Source: Hyphochytrium catenoides
Taxonomy: Eukaryota > Protista > Hyphochytriomycota
Assembly (NCBI GenBank): GCA_900088475.1
Contig: FLMG01003337.1
Location: 62,001 to 126,000, forward strand
Direction of reading: 5' to 3'
DNA: 64,000 nucleotides
Shown here: positions 14,201 through 25,700 of the stretch, piece after piece
Layout: the number at the start of each line of letters is the position of its first letter
How positions within the stretch are numbered: position 1 is the first letter of the stretch
The notes under the pieces: model-generated
Database searches by the model: none
What the model was told of the DNA's origin: nothing
What the model saw: the letters and a program-made list of their open reading frames with translations, nothing else
Position numbers and translations under genes: made by a program

Positions 14201-14459
14201 TTGAGAAAGTAGGGCAATAGCCTCCACTTGTCCTTGACAGCTTTCACCGGCTCAGAGAGTTTTTTCAGGTCCACTTCAGACCCATCCAAGGGGTCTGACA
14301 TAGTGCTTGAGCCCATAGTTCCTGCTGCAGAAGGCACGCAGAGGAACCTTCCAAGAAGAGGACAGATATACCGTCCACTCTGACCTCACCAAAGCCCTTT
14401 CCGGAGCACTTAATCGCTCGGGAAAGTAACCTCTAGCTTTAACCTCCTGCTCCTCCCAT
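8276..14459 (-). CDS. RPC2: DNA-directed RNA polymerase III second-largest subunit (about 16 exons)
   Basis: [97 protein letters not shown] and [16 protein letters not shown]. Exons join in frame with GT-AG introns. Confidence 0.97.
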
Positions 14460-14808
14460 GGCGAGGGCCGCACGAATGACCCTCCAGAGCTGGTAACCCA
14501 GCGCCTGATGAGGTCCTGAAGCTTTGTGACTCAATTCTGAAGACTGGAAGGATCTGATGGCATCGCGGCACAAGGTGGCGGCAACACTTGGAAGCATTTT
14601 CAATGGCGGAGAGGTGGATCTACATAGGGGTCCGAAATACACCCCAAAGACCAATAGCAATCATTGAACTTTGTCACCCATTCCGGTCTAACCCTTATGT
14701 ACTAGTTATCGATATCCCTTGGTCTGTGATAATTGGTTTCCCAGCCCTCCGAAGGGAAAGCATTGGGAATGCTAAATAGACTGGTCTGTTGAGAGATATC
14801 AAGCGACA

Positions 14809-14880
14809 GGCGCTTTGGTCTAGGGGTATGATACTCGCTTAGGGTGCGAGTGGTCCCGGGTTCGATTCCCGGAAGCGCCC
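14809..14880 (+). tRNA. tRNA-Pro (anticodon AGG), intronless
   Basis: Acceptor stem GGCGCTT/AAGCGCC, D arm TGGTCTAGGGGTATGA, anticodon arm CTCGC-TTAGGGT-GCGAG and T arm CCGGG-TTCGATT-CCCGG. T-runs (Pol III terminator) follow immediately. Confidence 0.98.
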
Positions 14881-14884
14881 AAAC

Positions 14885-14908
14885 TTTTTCCTTTTCTTTC
14901 TTTTTTTT
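14885..14908 (+). terminator. Oligo-dT Pol III terminator of tRNA-Pro
   Basis: TTTTT, TTTT and T8 runs begin within 5 nt of the tRNA 3' end. Confidence 0.8.
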
Positions 14909-15310
14909 GCTGTTATGTTGAGTTTCAGGGTCTCGAGGTGCTGATGCGGCCGTGAAGCCGGAAGGGCGAACGGGAGAGGGGTGGAAACACGCCCAAACGT
15001 GACAGAGCGGGAAGATGATGAGAGACAGAGGAGAAAGAAAGGGCAGAGAGGAGACAGACACACACCTCGCATCACGTGGAGGCAGGAGAGATTTCTAGGC
15101 AGACGAGAGGGCATTTCAGATGAAGAAGCTACTCTCTTGAGATCCTGGAGACTCTGGACAGCAGGTGTCAATGACCCTAGGCTGCTTGACCATTTCCATC
15201 CATAGAAACGACAACTTATCCTCCTTGGCAGCCGTGTGCCTTCCCTTCACCGAGCACATCATAAATAGCGCAGTCTCTGCGTGGTCTGCCTCGCTGTCAA
15301 GTACCTAACC

Positions 15311-18300
15311 ATGGAGCGAGTTTACTCCGCATTTTTCAACACCACCGTTGACCCGCAGGGCCAGCCATCAAGAGACAACCATGTCTCTTCTGCCGGAGCT
15401 AGCGAACAGTTTATCGAAGGGGAGGAATTGTCGACAGAGGGGACGAGAGCCCAGCAAGTCCACCGACCTGGAGAAGGGCCTCCTGAGCTAGATCCAGAGA
15501 GTGGGGATGTAAACGAAGTTGGGGGAAGCAGAGAACCGCAGGAAGAGGATGATTCTCTCCCTGACCTACTTGCTAAAGTTATTGAGGCCAAAAGAGACAA
15601 AGAAGCGGTACAAAGAGAAATTAGGCAGCGAACTCAGCAAACGTGGGAAAAGCCACTTCTAACTGCTGTTGGAGATCGAAAGACGCCACCCGGATCGCCC
15701 TCTATCGAAAACACTCGCACAAGATCTCCGTCCCTGTCACCCGGACAGAAGGCCAGTGCGGTCTCTGCTAATGAGGGGTTGGAGAGACTTAGGGTGAAGA
15801 ACCAGGTGAAGTACGTCAGAAGCCTTAGACGACTGACGAGAGACTTACGGGTGGCGGTCTATTACGGAAGTAGAGGTGAGTCTGGATGAAAATCAGCAAA
15901 ACAGCCGCTTTCTTTTCCCATTTTTCTCCAATCTCTCCGGTACTTTATGTACTTTTCTCTTGACAACTCCATTTGGTCCATTCAGTCTACGGTCTTCAAA
16001 GCTTCAATGGTGCCCCTAAGTGTACTGAATGTCTAGCCTACACGTTCGCCTATACGGCCAAGGCTTTTACTGCGCTCCTAATGATTGTGAGGAAGAGAGA
16101 TGCTTTCAAGAACGGGTACTCCGATGCGGTAAGCTATGGACAGCAATTGTGTTATAAGGAATGGAGGATGGAAGACCAAGACAAGCATTACGGAACCGGA
16201 AGGGCGACTAGATCTAAAATAAGGATGGGTTTACAAGCACCTACACTTCTCGTACTGTGAGCTCTTGTTCTTAAGATCCACCTTCGACTTATATGAAACA
16301 GGTTCGTCTTCTGCTTCAATGGGACACTGTCCGTTTTGGGCTCTTCGCTGGTGTACTTGTGGGTGGATACCGAACGTCTCTGGCATGCCTTGAGTACCTC
16401 AGAGGGAAACAAGACAATGTCAACCAGTTCCTTGCAGGTTAGCAGCGCCTCCTTGAATAGCAGAGCTACCCCTACCTATCCTATGCTTGTCTTTTTCAGA
16501 TATCAACTCATTCTCTCATTCCGTCTAATTTGTCGCTATACCCTGGACTACGAAGTAGCTCCTAGGTCTTGACTGTTCAGTTTCATTGACGAGTTGACCC
16601 AGTAGAACGGTCTGTAAAGTAGAATTGCTTTCCGCTGACCTCTCCTAACGTTTGATGATGATCGTGGCTCACTTCTAGGATGGATCTCGGGGTTAGCCCT
16701 CTTGCTTGATGCACAAAGTCGTCGTCCCGTCTTCACTCTATATATATTCATTCGAGCTCTAGACGTGCTTGGTAGACATCTTACCGTCTCGGGCACGATT
16801 CCTGACTTCAAGTACTCCGTGGAAGTATTGTTTGGTCTTAGTAACGCATTTGTCATGTATGCGTTTCTTTTTGAGCCCCACCTACTAGAGAAGGTAAGGA
16901 AGATGGGCATCTTAAGGAGGGATGTTTAAGCGAAGGTGGAGCCATAGCTGCTAGATGCTGGATGACGTCACAGTCTTCCTGCTACCCTACCTCTAGTCGG
17001 TCACTTATGTTCTTCGACTTTAGAGCTACTACAAGTGGATCCTCCAAATGGGTGCGATGAACCATCATGGGCTGGAAACAGCGGTGAGAGTTCGATGGAG
17101 ATTGGGAGGGCCAGCGAGTGGCCGCCGGTTTGTTGGATGCCAGCCGCATTACCACATGTGAGATTACCTGACGAGTCACTTCACGGCAAGAATCCTCTTG
17201 GAGTTCTGACGTCATTCTTGTCCTTGTCTCACCGCACTGGCCTTATTTTTCATCTTTTTTCCTTCGCTTATCACATCTATCCCAGTAAGAAGTACTTTAT
17301 TGCCCTCCTGATGACCACTTCAGTCAAGAGGGGTAGAGTTATAGGGGAACTAATCGTATCTATGTATATGTAGCGAATCCTGCGTGACGCATAACACTGT
17401 TGATTGGTTTAGAGGGTTGGGCAGAGCAGCTCGCCTTTACATTCCGGTGCACGTGTTGCCTGCCCTTATATTCCGGTGAGGATGATGTTACCCAGCTCCA
17501 ACTCTGAGTTACAGGATGCAGAGTAGAAGCTGAGTGCTACATCGACGGAGGTGGTAGAGAAAATGAAATGGGTTGGTGTAGCGGGAGAAGGCTCGATGAG
17601 GACCAGTGGGTGGGTGGCGTGACAGGGTGACAATACCACTAGGACTGCGAGAAAGGAGCTAAACTAAAGATATACGATGGTCAGGTATAAGGAGCTCTTG
17701 AAGAACCCTCTGATCTCTTCCAGGAAAATTGGGACTGCTATCTTTATGTCGTCAGCCTTCCTTACGTCATATCAGGTGAGTGCCAGTCTGTGCCTTTTTC
17801 CGTGCGGATTTCTTTGTTTCTCAATTCTAGGTCCCCCAGTTGAGTCGCTCTTCCATCTCTGTCCTCAGCTACGTAGACTTACTGCTCTTCGTGGTACTAC
17901 ATAGTCATTGCGTCTTCTCTCATTTACTCTACCCTCAGTTCAAAGCTGTTTGGTTGCGAAAAGTTGAGTCACATGTCTTTGCCAGATCATTATGAAGGGC
18001 ACGCAGTGTATCTTAAGGAACTATAGGCAGCAGGATGCAGGATGGCATGGGGCACTTGGAGGGGTACGAGAGCTATTGTGACTGTTCGCCAAAGACATGC
18101 CCTAGTCCTTTGCTTTGTTATCTCAATCTTGATGTCATGTCGCTTAGCATTGTCTCTCTTTGTTATCATTTTAGTTCCTTTCTATGTTTGGACTGGCCTT
18201 TGAGTGGCCTCACAGAAGAGGGGAGTTGATGCTCTATTGTGCATCTCGAGCACTTCTTGTCTTTTGGCTCTTGCTGACTCGGAAGCGCTTAATTCGTAGC

Positions 18301-18643
18301 AGAAAGAATGGAGAGGTGAGTATTGACCACCTATAAGTAAATACCCCCTGTCATCCTTTTTGTTCTCCTTTTTCACCTCTCTCGACCAATCGCAACCCCC
18401 ATTCTGATTTCCCCTTATCTATGCAGCCATGTAGTACTTTTATTACCTGATCTATCGACTTGGGGGTCATTTGTCTAGCAAGGAAGCAGTATCACGTGAC
18501 TTACCGTTTCTCTTCTGTCCTTTGCGCTCCCTTAGGTGTTCCTCTTTTGTTTATCCATGTCCATCATCATGGGGACCCCTCGGTCCTCGTTCAAGTCTAC
18601 ATACCGCAAGATAGTAGAATTCCTCTTCGGCGAGTACAATTGA
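15311..18643 (+). CDS. TMEM135/PXMP4-like membrane protein with acidic disordered N-terminus (multi-exon)
   Basis: Spliced product reads GWISGLALLLDAQSRRPVFTLYIFIRALD...CQPHYHIESCV...LYIPVHVLPALIF...SSAFLTSYQ...GLAFEWPHRRGELMLYCASRAL, which are TMEM135-family repeats. Stop TGA ends at 18643. Confidence 0.8.
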
Positions 18644-19471
18644 AGCTTATGATTTAAGGATGAAGCCATGGATACACAAGATTGAAAGAGGAACAGGACC
18701 TCCTAGCGCACTCCTTTTAACGTTCTTCCTAGGGTTGATCCTCAAGCGGTAATGGGTAGGACACGTCATAGCAAAAGCGGGAGTTGTTCTCCTCGCTCTG
18801 CCGCATTCACAGTCGACAGAATCAAGCAATCGGATGTAACAACAGGGATCCCCCCACCTCTCTTCCTCTTCTATAAAACCCATGCGTACTTGGACTCCTT
18901 CCTCGCAGTCTCTAGGAGTCTGGTGACTCAAACTGCCTGCAACACGGCGCACCAATAGGCTTTCTCCTAGCTGCGCAGAGCATAAACACCAGCACTGCAA
19001 TCTTTTCCCATAAAACAATAAGCCCCACATAACATAACGTCTTGGAAGAAGCGGGTGCTCGCTGTGATAGCCTCACTCTATCCTTCCTTGTCTCCTTGAT
19101 GAGGAGAGCCAGAAGAAGCCAGACCATGGCGGCCGCTAACGACTATCGTTCCAGGGGAAGCTCTGAGGTTGTCTGTATCCATCATCAACAATCAACATCA
19201 CAACTGCAAAATTGTTCTCATTGCTGTCAGAAGCTGTCTCTGCCAATGAAGAGCAACAGAGCAAACTCTTCTCGCCCAGATCTGATAGAACTCTTTCTTC
19301 TAGGAAGTAGTTCTTGAGTGCATCTTCAGAGCAGAAGCGTCTCCTCTAAACTGCACGAGCATAGAGTAGTGGTCGAGAAGAGGAGTGCGAAGGAAAGTCT
19401 TATCGGGACAGAAGAGAGCCTTCGTGAACGCCTCCTCCAGCAAAGCGAAAGGGAGAGCCCCTAGCATTACG

Positions 19472-20636
19472 ATGCAGCGCTACCGTCTCGCCATTCAATA
19501 TAATGGGAGTGTCTTCCGTGGCGCAGCGGCGCAGAAGGACCGCTCAATAATAACAGTGCAAAGTCGCATGGAGGAGATTCTCCAGCAAGCGATTGGCGGA
19601 AGGAGGCTGCCCCAAGTTGCATTGTCTAGCAGAACAGACGCTGGAGTTCACGCTCTATATAATACCTGCCATGTAGACATCACCAAGCGCAATAAAAAGA
19701 CAGGTGTGGTTCCCTTCTGAGGTCAAGACACCTGGCTCTTCCTGGACGAGACCTTTTCCCCTCCAAATCCTCTGGCATAGCTCCTCCTGCCTTACCTTTG
19801 GGCAATGCCTCATCCCACCCTTAGGAAGTCACTATTTTATTGACATTCTCTCTCGCAATTTGCGGTCAACAGGGTTAGGTGAAGATCCTTACCCACCGTT
19901 CGTCCTCCAGAAGGTCCTATGTCATCAGCTTCAAAACGACCCTCATCTCTCTATCCTCGACGTAAAAGCTGTGCCCTTCACCTTTGACGCTCGGAAAAGC
20001 GCCATAGGACGTACCTACATCTATCGAATTTCCTCCCCACCTCTGGGCTACTCCCACTTCGGCAATAGCTACGCAAGGATGACCACACCTTTTTTAGGCG
20101 AGAGAGAATACTCCTGGTGGATCCCAAAGGTGCTGGATATAGAAAAGATGAGGAAAGGTGCCAGTTATCTGCTTGGTGCACATGACTTCTCCGCCTTCAG
20201 AGGTTCCCATTGCCAAGCTATGACCCCCTTTACTACTGTCACCGATATTCACATTTCCGAGTCACCAAGTCTCTTCCACCCTCTCCGTCCGGACTTGCAA
20301 AGCTTGAGGGACGGTAACAATAGTGCAAACAAATCACAAGGACTTCTCTGGGCAGAGTTATACCAGCCGCGCGTCATTACGGTGCGCATCTCAGCTCGCA
20401 GATTCCTTTACCATATGGTTAGGAATATCGTTGGGACTCTCTATGAAGTAGGGATCGGGAAAAGGGATCCAGAAGAAGTGGAAGAATTGCTGGCAAAAAA
20501 AGACCGCAGCACCGCGGGGGCTACGGCACCTCCTCAAGGTCTATTCCTTGCCCATGTGCACTATCCAGACGATGAAGATTTGATGAGGTTGACCATAAAA
20601 CAAGACCCACCGCAGAAGCGAGCAGCTTTACCATAG
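19472..20636 (+). CDS. truA: tRNA pseudouridine synthase A family (TruA/PUSL1-like), 2 exons
   Basis: RYRLAIQYNGSVFRG, catalytic SRTDAGVHA, FDARKSAIGRTYIYRI, GAHDFSAFR, FLYHMVRNIVG and TAPPQGLFL. Intron about 19703-19872. Confidence 0.93.
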
Positions 20637-21418
20637 AACTTCTGGCACACGATCTGGTAGCATTCCTCAGTGGGGAAGGCATGTTGAAGATTTTTATCAG
20701 TCTCGATGTTTCTATCCTATCTCCCACTTTGCCTACAGAGGTCCCATCTGACACTGGCTTCGTTTCGGCAACAAAACTCTGTCTCATATTCAAGCTCTTC
20801 CACTACTCCCTGCCTATTCTCCTCAGGATGGCTTCTATCCCGTCCTAAACTGAGCACCGTTATTGTGGAACGATCATACCCTTAGCAGTGCCATCCCTAA
20901 CGAAATAGGACTGACACGAGGATGCCCGGCGGTTGCAACTGCCTCGGTTCGCTACGCCAAGTGGCGGGAGACTCTGCAAGGAGTTGATGCTAAGTATATA
21001 TATATATGTTCAGAGCTGGCGTTGTGCTGCACATCTGGTCCTGCTTCACTGGACGCCCTTCGAGCGCCTGGTATGCCATTTCATTAGAGTCGGGTGCTTA
21101 GTGATGCCCCACGGGTCAACTCCTTACTCTCTCCGGTTTGGTCAAGTGTGGGTTGATCGTGGCGGCTATCGTCCGCAGCTCTTTCCTATCTGCATGTATT
21201 CTACATTTTCTTGTGGCCCTTTACTAACCTCCACTCTAGGGGACTGTATGAGAGGGATTGCAGCGCCTAAAAGCAGCCCTAGAGAATTGATGAAGTAGAG
21301 CATTGAGTCAAAGATGTCAGTATTTGCGTTCAAGCTATAAAGGTTCTTTGGCAGCCAAGTACTCTCGCTTGTGATATTATACTCGTAGCTCTGATAGCCC
21401 CCAATGCCTTTTTTGCCC

Positions 21419-21730
21419 AGGGGTGTGGGAAAGAGGTGGTGTGTCGGGCTAGGTTGGTGTGCCGGACTAATGCTTGTGACTCTTTAGCGGAATGTCGCGG
21501 TGCCTTGCGGACCCCTCTGCTCCCCGACCAACTCTAACCCGTCAACTCACTCTGTGAATCGCTAGATGGCGGTGAAACTTCTCACCATGTGGCCGGGGCC
21601 CGGCTAATCGGGAAGTTGCCTCAATGCCCGCTAGCAAAGACTGCCGCTTACCTCATCTATTTTCAGTTACTTGCTATCCTCGGAGCGCACTTAAACAATA
21701 GGATAGCGTGACAGCATTCACCCTCCTTTT
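21419..21730 (+). ncRNA. Candidate structured non-coding RNA, family unassigned
   Basis: Three nested helical domains plus 5'/3' end pairing, then TTTT. Lies in an intergenic gap with no ORF of 60 aa or more. Strand is not certain. Confidence 0.4.
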
Positions 21731-22793
21731 CCTCCTAACAACGTACCTCAACATGTGATAGGTCAATGGCTTTGGGAATGAGATGTCTGCAGATGAGAGC
21801 AGCTTTACTCTCCTCTCACTGTGTGAATGGAGGGGAAATGGCGTCTTGTGAATAGAAGGTCGTGCAAATCCGTGTAGGGTCTCCTGTTATTGTCGCCATA
21901 AAAGGGGGAGAGTTTTCTACGCCTACTATAGTTACCTCTGTCTAACCCTACCAGCTATAAGCCGTATCGTAGATCACTTGACAAACCTAGGAATGACTTG
22001 TATCCATTGACATACTTGGTAAGTATGACATACGCTCCCAGTAATAACACTGTCCGCTTCCTCAACTTTCCCGCCAAAAGCGCTGGCTCGAACTTCCACT
22101 AGACCAACAGAAAAGCGCTTCCCCCATCTCGTAGAAGATGCTTCTGAAAGCTTCGTTTCTTACATCCTGAGGCTTTCCGCTGCAACAATCAACATACTCA
22201 ACATGCTGCGTGGCCTTCTGAAATATTCCCAATAGTCTGGAAAGATACAAAGGGCGGGAAAAAGCGATGGCAGAAAGTGATGGCTTCCTTCCAATTTCCC
22301 TTCACCATCAAAATAGCGGCCGAACAGCGAAACTGTTTCTCTATTCGACTGCGAGATAAATCTGCATCTCTCTCGCGTCTCCATCTCAATCTTCCAGACT
22401 ATCGATTCTTGTCTCCACGGCCGTCGCGGAGGAGTTAGTGGTGCTGGACAACTCCCGTACTGAGCAGAAAGCCGACGTCAAAGGACGCGGTGATCGAGGA
22501 CTTTTAGGGCTCTCAAGAGTCAGGGTTAGATACCAGGTGCCGTCTCACGGGCCGCAGATGTTTGTTTGTACCAAGAAACAAGAGTCATCACACTAATGCT
22601 GCCAGGCATAGGATCTTCGAACGCTTACAACAGTGCCAGATCCTCTCGGGTATGTGTATTGTGATACAGCAGCCGTCCCTGAAAGTGTCCACTTGTACGC
22701 TCGCCTGACTACTCTCACTCACAACCTGCTTTCCGTCATCCTTGCTCTTCGCTCTCTGAATATTTATAATAGAGGAGAACTCCGACCCCACGA

Positions 22794-25700
22794 ATGCAGT
22801 CCTACAATGCAACAAGAAAAGCTCCTCTTGCTCTTCGACGACCTCTGGAGCAGGACCTTCAAATGTATCCTGTCATTCTAGTTCCTTCATCAACGCAGGA
22901 TATGAGTTCAGGGTCACCATCGCATCCCAAAGAACAGGAAAGGACACCGCCAAAGATACCAGAAACACCTTCTCTTCAGCGTGTAGCATCCAATGCCATA
23001 GCGCATGATGAGGCCAGCTGCTCAACACCCTCACCTTTGCCGGAAGACCCTCCTTCTGCCACTCCTGGAAGTGACTTTGCCATCAAGAGGAAGACAAGCA
23101 AGATTTCCAGCATGCAAACGCCTCCTCCTATTGACGTGAGCGAGGATGATTATTCGAAGCGCTTAATGAGGATATTATCCTCATTGCCAGCAAGTCAGCC
23201 GTCAACAGATGGTCTACTGACAGCATCTAACCCTCCATCTCTCCTGCTCTCCCTCCTGGAAGAGAGGATCAAAGATACTGTTGTCGAGATGCGGCAACTT
23301 AAAGCTGCTAATGCGCAGCTAGAACAGGATTTCTATCAGATCGGCAAGGATCTTGAAGGCTACCGCTACAGTAACTCATCTCACAAGAGGGCTATCAAGG
23401 AATCAATGTAAGAGATGATCATCGGAGCGAAAAAGTGGTAGGCGATGAAGCTATCAAGTTAGAAAGAGAGCTATGTTGGTGACCACACGTGAAGGACGAT
23501 TGGCTTTATGTTTTTGACGTGATCTCGCCCCTCTTTTGGTCATTAACTTGCAGGACTATGTCTGCAAAGCTTGCCGCGGAGTTAACGGTGACGAAGCAAC
23601 AGCTAGAGGCAGAAAGCAGGGAGAAACAGCGACTTCTGGATACCTGGAAAGCCGAAACTGAGGACAAGATAGAAAAGATTATGCTTAGCAAGCTGCTAGC
23701 TTTTGAGGTAATTATTGGCAAGTGTGAGACAACAGTACAAATGAGAATGGGAAAACCAGACCCACTATTGACACTTATCCATCATAGGAACGCGACATCA
23801 TCACGTCGCTTGCTCAGCATTGCAGTCAGTCCATTTTAGGGTGCAAAGCTAACAACCTCGGTTCAGGAGATGGGTACGAAGCCAGACTATTCATAAGTGA
23901 CCTGCTTCTTATGCTGGGGAGACTACCTGGAGTTGCTGAGGAACAGTTAGCTGAGGCTTGCTCAGGATCAGACGAGCTGATGTTAAGTCTCCTATCACAC
24001 CACAAAGAACAAGTTAGCCACGGCCAAAAACAGCCATTTCTGCCAGCTCTCTCTGGACAGCTCAGAGAGTGGCAGGACACGGAACTAGGCCCATTACCCG
24101 CGAAAGCAGCATCGCAGCTTTTCTTGCTCTCTTCTCTGGCCCTCAAGGAGGCTCTGGGAATCACCTTAAAGGGACGGCTCGACCTGCAAACAGCGCTTGC
24201 AAAGGAAGAAGAGCCAAAATGTGTGGACGACAGGGACTCGTTGGAGGCCATGCCGGAAGAGATAGCAAAAGAACAAGTTGTTAACAAGTCAACAGGCAAC
24301 GACGAGGTTATGGAGGGGATGCATCGAGAACAGAGCGGCCAAGTACTTCAGCCGGTCTCTTCTGAAGGACACGAGCACATCGAGGTGCAAGGGAACAAGT
24401 CAAATGAGGACGAAGAAGACAGTACTCTATTGTCAGCGCTGCTCTTACCAGTCCAAAGAGAGGCAGGGAATGTCACGCAGTCGCCAAGGAATGGAAGCGT
24501 CGACGACAGAGTGAAAGAGGTGGATCAACAGACAAGGACTGATGAAGACTTGCGCAATGCAGTAGATGGACGGGCTTACAACGCAATAGAAGAAAGTTCA
24601 GCAATTGACAAGAAAGAAGAGACACCGACAGAAGGAGGAGACACCTCAACAACTGCGAGTATATGTTCCCGCGCTCCAATGATAGGGGAGACAGATCAAG
24701 AGACTGGGCCACAGGAAAGTCTGTTCAACTTTTCCGGCTCATATGTCGTAATGGAGGAAAGGGGCGACAACACGAGCATAACCGAAAAAGAAGTTTTGAC
24801 TATCAGCTCCCCCATTCGCCTAGCTGAAGCTGAGGAAGAAGAATATGAGTCCGCGGAACAATCGGAGCCTTCAGTTGCCCTCGACACTAGCAGGTCTTGC
24901 CTCCCAGAAGAGATTGTAAAGCAGCCAACGACAGATAAGGAGCCAGCGCTGCCTGCAAAGGGGCTAGAACACGCAACATCATTATTGAGCCATGGCAAAG
25001 GAAAGGAGGAAGACAAGGAGAACATTTGGGATATAGTAGATAAGGATCCGAAAGATGCTTCGGTCCTCGATGCGCACGAGAGAGAAGAGGAAGTTCAAGG
25101 GTCAACAGAGATACCTGAGGTTGGCAGCACTCCATCCCGCGGTAGAAAGAGGCGCTTATCTCAGACGCCGTATAGAAGTCGAGAAAGGAAGAGGAACAGA
25201 TCCTCGAGCACCCCTAGACGAGAAGGAGGCCAAGGAGGGGGAAGAAGGAAACTGCATATAGCCACGCAGCAACTTGCGTCCCCTGACGACAGTAACGGAG
25301 GACCAGACGAGTCATTCACGTCGAGTTCAAGCCCAGTGGTTGCTGCTACGCCAAAGCTGCAGAGCAAAGGAGCTAAGAATCTCAACAATCGAGGGCCCAG
25401 ACCTGCCGCATATCAAGACGCTGACAAGGCAAAGCATGAAGAGACTGCGTCTAGTCTTCCTCACTGCTCTCCCTCTCGGGCGCAGGGACCACTTTCTTCC
25501 CGCTCACCAATTTTTGCTACCTTACTAATGACAAACTCGATGGCAGAGAAGCGTGACTTGCACTTCGAGCTCCTCTGCGCCTCGCACCCTCTAGCAGATC
25601 CCGCCAAAGACTGGCTTCAAAAGAAGTTTGGAACGTCCTTCAATGACCTATGGGAGGACAGGTACCCTTCGCTGCGCTTCCTTCGACTATATGTTGGTCT

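Noticed and set aside
8276-14459. Stop-codon reassignment or frameshifting to explain fragmented ORFs
   Set aside because: Conserved proteins such as RPC2 reassemble in frame with ordinary GT-AG introns under the standard code.
21419-21730. Assignment of the structured element as SRP RNA, RNase P/MRP, TPP riboswitch, or hammerhead/HDV ribozyme
   Set aside because: I could not find the SRP helix-8 motif, paired CR-I/CR-V (P4), the CUGAGA/ACCUG TPP core, or CUGANGA on either strand.
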